A stretch of 16,903 bases of DNA, from positions 7,330 through 24,232 of the forward strand of contig JAAOMT010000288.1 in the NCBI GenBank assembly GCA_016748015.1, in the 5' to 3' direction. Source of the DNA: Geosiphon pyriformis uo1 (Eukaryota; Fungi; Glomeromycota). Shown in pieces: positions 1-8,541 of the stretch; the first letter of the stretch is position 1, and the number at the start of each line of letters is the position of its first letter. The notes beneath the pieces are model-generated. The model ran no database searches. It worked only from the letters and a program-made list of their open reading frames with translations, and was not told where the DNA came from. Both the position numbers and the translations under genes were made by a program.

Positions 1-265
1 GTAAAAGAAAATAAAAAAAATCTAAAAGAAAAGAATTTTATCAAGAGAAACGTTTTCGATCCAGGCCTAGAGTCACTAACAGTTTATTCAAATTGGTAGC
101 TAATCAATTTCAAAATGTTAGTTGAGTTTTGAGGATTTTCCAAGTGTAATACTTAAAGAATTTGGTTTTTTGAATTATTTGATATTTATTTTTTTTGTGT
201 ATGTAGGAATGGTTCTAAGTGATAAATCTAAAGTAAGATATATTTTCTCGAAAAGAGAAGCTCTT

Positions 266-273
266 CTTTTATA
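266..273 (-). promoter_or_regulatory. TATA box in LTR (3' LTR copy; the functional copy is 9139-9146)
   Basis: TATAAAAG on the - strand, identical in both LTRs, about 50 nt downstream of the U3 repeat array. Confidence 0.6.
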
Positions 274-323
274 CAACTTGTTGTAACACTATTCTATGAA
301 CTTGAACTTTGCTATTTTCTACA

Positions 324-437
324 ATTTCACTAAACTAAAGATACATTTTGGCAAACTACAAGTTATTTCTGCGAACTATTAGATATTTTGGTGAACTATC
401 AATTATTTCGGCAAATTTCTACAAATTTTGGCGAACT
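324..437. repeat. U3 array of six 20-bp-period repeats with palindromic core ATTTCGGCGAACT (3' LTR copy)
   Basis: Cores start at 324, 345, 365, 385, 405 and 425: atttcactaaact, attttggcaaact, atttctgcgaact, attttggtgaact, atttcggcaaatt, attttggcgaact, separated by 7-8 nt variable spacers. Confidence 0.88.
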
Positions 438-619
438 TTTGAATGTTACATAGTTCGGGGTATTGCATGATTTGATCATCGCAATTAAGTAACATTTGTA
501 TTGTGTACAAATTGGGTTATTAATCAAATGATAATTTTGGACATTTTGCTAATGTAATAAGTGATAATTTGAAATGATAATATGCTAATTAATGATAGGA
601 TTTATAAAATAATTTCATG

Positions 620-1339
620 CTAAATAATATCTCTAATTTCATTTGGTAACATAACCTCCTCCTCAAAACTGAGCTCCGTTAAAGTCCAAGTACTGTCTGT
701 AATTTCCAGATAATAATCCAAAATTATTGAAGAAATTTGGTCTGAAAATTGTTGAAATTTCAGTTCTGTGAGCTTTCCAATGTATTGAATCTTCAAAGGT
801 CGTAATATTGGGTTTTGTAGGACATTTTCACAGGTGTGGAATAGGTCATAAAGTCTAAGAGCAGCTCTGAGCTTGTAGCAACTGTTTGTTGGTCCAGCTA
901 TTGTCTTGAATTCATTGTGGAGTTGCTTCTGAATAGCTTTTTTTGTGAGGTTTGCTGTTATAAGTTCCAGTTTCCATTTGTAAAGTGTTTTTCCAATGTG
1001 GAAATATCTATAGATTAAAGGATATTGAGTATTTTTCTCATTAAGACACAGTTGAAGTTTTTGTTGAATTGTAGCATTTGGTGAAATACTAATTGGAATG
1101 AGCATTAAGTTTTCTCTTAAAGCAAGCTATAAAAGTTCTGGCAGGTGAATTTCAGAATAACTTCTTGTGTTCTTCTTATATGGGTGATATTTTCGTGAAT
1201 TTGGGGCTAAATTTGTAACTACTTCTGTTTGGGTATAATTAATGTGGTTTTCAGTAACAATAATGAATAATTCGGGTATTGTTTTTAAAACTAATATTAA
1301 TTTTTGGGATAATTGTTGAATGTTTTGAAGAATAGTCAT
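620..1339 (-). pseudogene. Extra sense ORF3 of the LTR element (239 codons, one internal TAG), unknown function, overlapping the PPT and 3' LTR
   Basis: ORFs 1127..1339 and 620..1105 are in the same frame (234 nt apart), separated only by TAG at 1127-1129. ATG start at 1339; the stop lies inside the first 32 nt of the LTR. Confidence 0.82.
652..669 (-). other. Polypurine tract (plus-strand primer)
   Basis: The minus strand reads GTTTTGAGGAGGAGGTTA|TGTTACC, a T-run plus purine run directly before the 3' LTR. Confidence 0.88.
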
Positions 1340-1439
1340 TCTAAGAGATTTGAAAAAAAATTATTTTTGGTGTATGGGTTTTTATGTTATTTTTGTTTTG
1401 ATTGTTTCTAAATTATAAGGGAATAACTAGTAAATTAAA

Positions 1440-2825
1440 TTAAGTGTTCAGGTTGGAAGGTTGTTTAATGACAACTATTGGTTCTAAGTTTCGGGAAATA
1501 TCTTCGGGATTGACTAAAGGGGAATGTGTACCAATTTGTGGAATTAATGGTTTAGGATTGTTTCTTGAATGATAGTATTTCAAATGATCTCCATGTGCAA
1601 CTTTTGCTAGGATTTTGTCATTAAGTCTTAGCTTGTATAATCCGTTGTCTAGAACTTCATGGATAAAGAATGGTCCATCCCATTTGTTTTCAAATTTTTC
1701 ACTCCATTGTTTTTCCATTTTAGTTCTGTGTAAGAAAACTTTGTTTCCAATTTTAAATTCATTGGTGACTGGAGGCAAATTGTTGTCATGCCATTCTTTT
1801 TGTTGAGTTTGGGAGTGTTCAATATGGGTGGCTGCTATTTGTTATTTTCCTTCCAATGTGCTAAGCAGAGTGTAGACTCTTTACTAAAGCATTTCTTAGA
1901 AATTGTTTTCATCGATTGGTTGTGCTGGGTATGTTTCCACTGTGAAACTAATTGGTAATGTTGCTGTCCTTCTGTAAGTTAAATCAAATGGTGTGTGTTT
2001 TGTGGTATCTTGTTTTAGTGTTCTATATGTTAGCAACACTGATGGAATAAAGATATCCCAATCTTGCTCAAAATTAGTTGAAACTTTGGCTAATAACTCA
2101 CACACTATTCTGTTAAAACGTTCCATAAGTCTATTTGTTTGTGGATGGTAAGGCGAAGACAGAGGTCTTTTGACATTGAATTGTTTACAAATTTCTTGTA
2201 TCAGGTTGTTCACAAAGTGTGTCCCCTGATTGAATAAAAGTTCAATTGGACATCCGTGTCTACAAATGATGTCTTTGTAAATGAAATTTGCTACTGATTT
2301 TGTATCTGCTCGTTGAATGGCTCTGGCTTCGAGCCATTTAGTAAGATAGTCTACCACTACTGCAATATAACAGTTTTTTTGAGTGGTAATAGATAGTGGT
2401 CCAACTAAATCAATACCAACTCGGTCAAAGGGTTGTCCAACTTTGATTGGATTTAATGGTTCAGTAGGATGTGTTCCTCCTTTTCTTTGACAACTATTTC
2501 AAGATTTGACATATTCGTAAATGTCTTTTCTCATTTGAGGCCAAAAGTAGTATTCTAGTGTTCTTTGGGTGGTGCTGTCTTTTCCAAAGTGGACTGATAA
2601 AAGATCTGAGTGCATGTTGTATAATATAGTCTCTTTTTCCTGTTTTTGTATTAATCTAAGTAATTTGTCTGGGTTTTTAAAATTTCGATGATAAATAATG
2701 TTGTTGTGTAGAAAATATTGTTTGGTTTGTTGTTGTAGTCGATGTTTTTCATCTGGAAACCAATCTGTTGGGATTGTTAATGTTTTCAAATATTATTTGA
2801 GATTGTTGTAGTTTTTCGAATTCAT
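1440..2825 (-). pseudogene. Integrase (HHCC zinc finger, DDE core, GPY/F module; no chromodomain)
   Basis: In-frame fragments 2499..2789, 1896..2357 and 1440..1778. Motifs: MHSDLLSVHFG..YFWPQM..S*NSCQ (HHCC, one Cys lost), PFDRVGIDLVGP, LFNQGTHF (second Asp mutated), YHPQTNRLMERFN, KWDGPF. Confidence 0.95.
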
Positions 2826-2876
2826 TGTTTGTTGGCTCTTTTAGTTGGTTAAGTTAAGTGTTGGTTTTTGTGTTTT

Positions 2877-4200
2877 CTAATCTTGTCTTATTCTGAAGAG
2901 ACAGTCAACGTTGGTGTGGAGTTTTCCTGGTTTGTAATGTACTATGTATTGATAGTTTGCTAGAAATCCTGTCCATCAAGTTTGTTTTGCATTCAGCTGA
3001 GTATTTTTGTTCTGAAGCCATTTGAGTCCAATATTATCAGTGATAATATCGAATTCTTTAGGCCTGAGATAAAGGTTGAAGTGGTATAGAGCCCAAATTA
3101 CAGCTGCTGTTTCTAGTTCTGTGGCAGGATAGTTTTTCTCAGCTGGTTTTAATGTTCTGCTAGCATAAACAATTACTCATTCATTTCTATTGTCATCTAG
3201 TTGTAATAAGATGGCACCAAAGGCAGTATACGAAGCATCTATAGCTAGTTAAAATCGGTTGCTGAAATCCGGGTAGGCGAGAATTGGAGCTGTTGTCAGT
3301 TTTTTCTTGAGAATTTCAAAAGCTTTTTGGTGTTTGGTAGTCCATTTGTATTCAACGTTTTTGGTGGTAAGCTGGTTGAGGGGTTTTGCAATTTCCAAGA
3401 ATCCTTTGATAAACTTCTGATAGTAGAATGCTAATCTTATGAATTTTCTTAATTCTGTAGTATTTTGAGGAGTTTTGAAGTTTTTGACAACGTTGATTTT
3501 TCCAGGGTCTGGTTTGATTCCATTTCTACTAATGATATGTCCAAAGAAGGCCAAGCTTGTTTTTTCAAAGTAGTATTTTTCGATGTTGAGTTTTAGTCCT
3601 GCTTTTTGTAATCATTGAAAAACTTCTTGCAGGTGTTTTAAGTGTAATTTGAACAATGGAAAATAAACATCAGTATCGTCAAGATAAATGACTACTAATT
3701 TCCAAAGAAGTCCTTGGTACACACCATCCATTAATCTCTGAAACGTTGCTGGTGTATTGCATAATCCAAAAGGCATTACATTAAACTCGTAATTTCTGTC
3801 TTGGGTGGTGAATGTTGTTTTGGGGTGATCTTTGAGATCCATAGCAACTTGCCAATAACCGCTTTTTAAATCTAGTGTTGAAAAGTATTTGGATTTTCCA
3901 AAGGCATCCAACATGTCATCAATCTGGGGAAAGGGGTAGGCATTTCCAATTGTAATACTGTTGAGTTGTCGATAGTCAACACAAAATCAGATCTTCCCAT
4001 TTTTCTTTTTAACTAGCACTACAGGTGAAGCCCAAGAACTCATGAAGAGTTGGATGAGCCCATTGTTAAGCATTTGTTGTACTTCTTCTCAGATGAATTG
4101 GTGGCTTTCTGGAGCAACTCGATATGCTTGTTGTCTTCTTGGTTTAGCATCTTCTATGTAAATTTGGTGTTAGACCAAATCAGTTCTTCCCAAGTCATGG
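2877..4200 (-). pseudogene. pol: Reverse transcriptase and RNase H domains of Pol
   Basis: One frame with scattered stops. YLDD at 3675-3686; FFGHIISRNGIKPDP; LTTAPILAYPDF; RNase H motifs IDASYTAFGAIL, YASRTLKPAEKNYPATELE, ITDN, YKPGKLHTNVDCLFR. Confidence 0.97.
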
Positions 4201-4718
4201 TTGTTTTCAGTGAAAATATTGGCAAATTTTGCAATTAGCTCTTTGAACTGAGTCTGTTGTTGTAGTTTAAGTTGTCCCATGTTGATTCGAAATAGTTTTT
4301 TTATGACAACATAGTAGTTTTTGGAGCTGGAGTTTGGGTTGATTTTTGGTAGTGAATGTCCAATAATTTCAGAAAAATCGGGGACTGTTTGGAGTAATTC
4401 TTGTTGGAATATATTACTGTGAATAACTCCAATTTCTAAATTATTTAATAAAATTATGGGGTAATTATTGGGATTGTAAAAAGTAATTCGGACTTTCTTT
4501 GTTCCTTCTGGAATATAAATGTTTGGGATTGAAATATTATGTTCCAAGCAGACTTGTTCATTGGACTCAAAAATTTGTTGTGTGGTTGTTGGCTTTGAGC
4601 AGGTATAGATTTCCGGATGTTCTCCAAAGGGTGAGATGGTAATCGGTTGTGGAAGTCTTAGAATCTGGTGAGATTTGTTCTGTGTGTTAAGAGCTATATT
4701 AACTGGAACTGTGAATCG

Positions 4719-5150
4719 TCCAGTTGAACCAAAACTTTGAGTTCCTCTATCGCTTTTTCCTAATTGTTCTCTTTGATTGACTAGTTGCAAACCCAAAATG
4801 TTGATTAAGAGTAGGTAAATAGCTTGGGCAATTTTTTCAGCATGTTCAATCTTAAATGGTTTGTCAGTTTCGTTTTGAAGCATTACTATAATGTCTCCAG
4901 TATATCCAGCATTGATTATTCCTCCTCTGACATTGATTTTTTTGCTTGCCAGAGAAGACCAAGAGGTGATTTGAACCATTGCTTCTGGTGGGATTTCAAG
5001 TGCAATTTTTAGGTTGATTTTTGTAAGGAATTTGGGTTTGAGAACAAGAGTATCTTTGCCTGAATATTTTAGGTCATATCCAGCATCAATTTCGTGTGCT
5101 TTTTCAGGTTTTATTCTTTGTTCGTTGTTGTTGAAGTATTTAAGTTGTAA
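4719..5150 (-). pseudogene. dut: dUTPase domain (trimeric family) embedded in the Gag-Pol frame between protease and RT
   Basis: All five motifs in order: DAGYDL; SWSSLA (RSS motif mutated); GIINAGYTG (catalytic Asp to Asn); EKIAQ; RGTQSFGSTG. Confidence 0.93.
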
Positions 5151-5269
5151 AGGAGACTGATTTTCAATAAGGTAGATAGGTGTTGTTTCACTTTTTTCTA
5201 TTACTTCAGGTTCTCCAAATTCAATTTTGTTCTCATTATTTTTGCTGGACAAGGAGATACTAAGAGTGT

Positions 5270-5870
5270 AGCATTCAGGACACCACTGTTCATCGCAAGG
5301 CATAATGTATTCTTCACATGGCCTAATGTTCATTTGCTCTAATCATTGAATTTGAGCTTCTTGGGTTGGGTAGGTGTGACTTGTAATTTGGTGGTAGACT
5401 TCTACTTTATCTTCGTTATTGAATTCAGCTAATTCTATGGTGTATTCAATGTATTCTGCTTCCTTCATTTGACGAACATCTTCTTTGGTAGCTCCATTAA
5501 TTAATGCTATTGCTAGATCGAAAATCATCTCAGCATCATAGGAGTAGTGATAAAGTTTGTTGAGAGCACTGTTGTATGCTGCATTAAAGGGTGTTCCTCT
5601 TTTTACTTTTTCTGAAATTAATAAAACATATTGGCAGGTCTGATCGCAGACTTTGCCTCTCATGGCTACATCAATCCAATTGCATTCTTTCGGTAGCATA
5701 TCTCCACAAGTCAAACAAGGGATATTATCACATTTTCCGCTCCTTTTTATTAGATGGCCCTATTGTTCTCTATGGCAAGCCTTGCAGTAATAACAAGTAT
5801 GATTCTCATATTCTTTTTCAGGTGAAATGCAGGCTTCCATTGACAATAGTTTCTTGTAGCAGTCTTTACA
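5270..5870 (-). pseudogene. Cys-rich region with three putative zinc fingers, in frame between protease and dUTPase
   Basis: CKDC-x24-CKAC(H); CLTC-x19-CDQTC; CEE(Y)-x8-CPEC. ORFs 5760..6014, 5343..5714 and 4170..5333 share one frame, separated by single stops. Confidence 0.72.
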
Positions 5871-6094
5871 TTTAAGGGGAATATAGGAGCGTTGTTTTCT
5901 TGGTTCGTATTTTGGGTAAGGGATATTCCATCCAGAGGTTTCGGGTTTAGTGTATGGGGTAAAATGTTCTTGTTTTGTTTCATCAGCCCAGTTGGACATT
6001 GATCCCAGAGCCATGAATGTTTCAATGAGAGATTTTTCTCCTTCTGGTTCGAATTCAAAAGCCGGGGCTTTTTCAGGGCATTTGTTGAATGTAC

Positions 6095-6465
6095 CACAAA
6101 TGGCAGGTACCTGGGTGTGTTGTCCTTGGTAGGAGATTGTTAACTCTTGTGTTTCCCAATTCAGATTAGCATTGGCTTTTTAAAGCCAATCATTTCTGAT
6201 GAGAGCTTGGTATTGGGGTGTGTTCATTACAAGAACTTTGACTGGAATGGTGATTCCATCAAGCGTGAATGGAAAATTGTCAATTTCTCCTACTGGGGTT
6301 TTTTTCATGCCATCAGCAGTGATGATTACTGTTTGAGCTGATCAGTCGACATTTCTTTTCAATTGTTGCATTAACTGGTAAGTAATAATGCTTCTGGCAG
6401 ATTTACTGTCTAAGATCAAGTGAATTGTCTTTCCTTCAACTTTGGTTTCAGTGTACATGGCTGTG
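6095..6465 (-). pseudogene. Retropepsin-type aspartic protease domain
   Basis: VEGKTIHLILDSKSARSII (decayed LILDSGSA active site; Asp codon at 6408-6410), IITADG flap, YQALIRNDWL (ILGxDWL-type motif). Confidence 0.88.
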
Positions 6466-7765
6466 ATTGCTTTTTGTTCATTGGCGGCTGCATTGCTAAG
6501 CAGAAATGGTGACTCATTTGCTTTGAACTCAAAAGGGAATATATCTGAAAGGTTAATGTTTTCAGCGATTCTGGCTGGTGAAATTGTGGTGAAAGTATAG
6601 GAAGGGTTTTGTTGTTGTTGTGCTGCAGCTCTACCTTCTGAGAGTGCAGTATGGTGAAAATTCTGTTCTTCCGGCATTGTTAAATAACTGGGTTGAGTGT
6701 GGTAGTGGTTGGGTTTTGGTAGAGTGGTATTTCGGGGAACCAATTGGTTGTTCGAACTGATTCTATTGTTGTTTACTTGGTATCGGTTTTGTGGTGTGAA
6801 TTGATTTTGTGTAATCAGTCTTCGAACAGGTATTTGATAATATTGTGTAGGTGGTTGTTGGTATTGCTGTTGGATTAACTATGGGGCTGGCTGATAATAG
6901 TTATTTTGGTATTGGGGTCTTGGTAGATAGTAAGCTGGTAGTGGTGATTGATAATAAGATTGCTGTGGTAGAGGGTAATGTTGATTACTCCTATTTTGTT
7001 GGTCTCATTGTAGCTTTCTGCAATCTTTTTTCCAGTGGTCAGAGATTCCACAGTAATGGCAATTCTGAGACTGGTTATTGGAAAGTGGTGCAAAGTTATT
7101 TTGATTTCATTTTTGGGATGGTTGATATCTTTGGGGTTGCTGTTATTGTTGATTGGTGAAATAGTTTTCAACCTTCTTTGTGAGTTGGTCAATTTTTTCC
7201 TCGGCTGCTGAGCTGGTTTCTCCAATTGCCAAATTTACAAGTTTTGTGCAGTTGGCCTCTTCCATGGCCATTTTGTATCTTTTTGCATGCTGTATGACAG
7301 AGTTTAAATCTTCTGGCACATGTGGGCGAATCTTTTTAATTAGTTTATCTTTTAGACTAGCAATAAATTGATCCAAGATTTGAGCATCGGAATAATAATT
7401 GTTTGTTTTAAGTTGGCGAATTCATCTGAAAAGTTTGTTGAATTTCCCAATATAAGTCATAACAGATTCAGAGAGTTCTTGTTTGATATTTCGAAAACGA
7501 TTGCGAAAGGTGATGGAGGTATTATTGTCAGTGAACTGTTCAAGAAAGGCTGCTTTGAAAGTATTCCAATCATTAAATGGGGCGGCCAAGTTTTAAAACT
7601 ATTCTCCTGCTGTTCTTTTGAAAAAGTAGGGAATTGTTCTTAACATTCTGGCAGCATTCCATCCATTTGCATCTCCTGTTTTAGTAACTTGATCAAGCCA
7701 TTTTTGGGGACTGGTCTCAATGTTTTCTCCATTAAATTCAGGATTTTTGTGATGTATGTTGTCAT
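6466..7765 (-). pseudogene. gag: Gag: capsid domain, CCHC nucleocapsid knuckle, Q/N/Y/P-rich tail
   Basis: First in-frame ATG at 7765 (MTTYITKI, then a -1 shift to PEFNGE..PQKWLDQV..ANGWN). MHR-like IKQELSESVMTYIGKFNKL. Intact knuckle CHYCGISDHWKKDC at 7020-7061. Continues in frame into the protease. Confidence 0.92.
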
Positions 7766-8519
7766 TTCATTTTCTTCATTTTCACTGTCTATTAATTCTT
7801 CTTCAGATATTTCTGGTTTGTTTTCTTCGTTTGCTGCTGTCTCAAAATGTTCACTTTGATTTTCAGCTAGAAAGTCAAAGAGATTGGAACTAGTTTGAAG
7901 GGATTTCTTGTTGTCTGATGGGACTTCTGAGTGATGTAAAATCTTCTGGTCTTGCAAATCAATTCAAGGGTAAATTAGACGTTTGTGCTTGTGCAAGTGA
8001 AACTGGAAAAAGTGTGATAGTAAGTAGAAGTTTTGAACTGGTTCCTTGTTAAAGTGTTTGTAAATGGTTGGCAGTTGTTTTTGGTAGTGTTGAAGTATTT
8101 GGGGTGGTTTTTGAGTATTGCTTCAATTTGTTTTTGCCTTTGTTGCTTGTTTCTGTTTCCAATTCAAAATCAATAGTGTATTGAGACTGTACTGGATATG
8201 TCTCTTCACAGTATTTAATAATGTTAAAATTAAGTTTGTAAAAGTAAGTGGCAAGTGTTTTGCTGTTAAGGTCTTCAGTTTCCAACTGTGAATAGTGTGC
8301 TAAATTATTGTAAAAATTGCTTTTAACTTCTGAGATATTGTAATTTCCAAAAAGATAATTGTTGATGCGGTTTTCAATGTATTGGTATACTGATTTCTTG
8401 ACAACTTTAATTCCGTCTGGAATGTTGAATTTTTGTTTGCAGTGGGTGTAAATTGATTGGTAATACTCTAAAGTTGTTGCGTCTGGTGTGGTTGCCACTT
8501 TGAATTTGTTGTTGCTGTG
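7766..8519 (-). pseudogene. AUG-less N-terminal extension of the Gag frame (about 250 codons), unknown function
   Basis: ORF 8049..8498 (GTG start, no Met) continues through stops at 8049 and 7959 and a 1-nt shift near 7903 into an acidic tract that leads to the Gag ATG. It is in net frame with Gag-Pol. Confidence 0.7.
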
Positions 8520-8523
8520 TTAT

Positions 8524-8541
8524 TTCCGTGGGAGAGCACCA
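8524..8541 (-). other. Primer binding site (18 nt, TGGTGCTCTCCCACGGAA)
   Basis: Follows the LTR end GGTAACA plus TT. The complement reads as a tRNA 3' end (..TTCCGTGGGAGAGC-A-CCA) with C61/C62 at the expected T-stem positions. tRNA identity not assigned. Confidence 0.88.

Larger units (their letters stand above)
1..651 (-). repeat. 3' LTR (partial; about 330 bp predicted to lie left of the window)
   Basis: Aligns to 8873-9524. Manual count over 32-651: 27 mismatches in 620 nt (about 95.6% identity). Begins TGTTACC on the - strand directly after the PPT. Confidence 0.96.

Noticed and set aside
251-285. Short inverted repeats around the TATA box (AAAAGA..TCTTTT; TACAAC-TT-GTTGTA)
   Set aside because: 6-bp arms in AT-rich DNA are expected by chance, and there is no independent support.
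324-437. CRISPR-like array (repeat plus variable spacer)
   Set aside because: Repeats of 13 bp and spacers of 7-8 bp are far too short, there are no cas genes, and the array lies within both LTRs of a eukaryotic retrotransposon.
620-1339. ORF3 as an env gene
   Set aside because: Only 239 aa, with no clear signal peptide, furin site, fusion peptide or C-terminal TM anchor.
1440-1600. Chromodomain at the integrase C-terminus
   Set aside because: Only about 45 low-complexity, Pro-rich residues follow the GPY/F module; no aromatic-cage motif (YLVKW..W) is present.
1615-7643. Plus-strand ORFs inside the LTR element (1615, 4050, 4824, 5591, 5950, 6147, 6851, 7180, 7368) and alternative minus frames 5750..6097 and 6875..7225
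   Set aside because: Short shadow ORFs overlapping clear gag/pol coding sequence, with no motifs.
7640-7957. Independent 105-aa gene
   Set aside because: Only the central part (about 7903-7742) is real Gag-frame sequence, displaced between two compensating 1-nt frameshifts.
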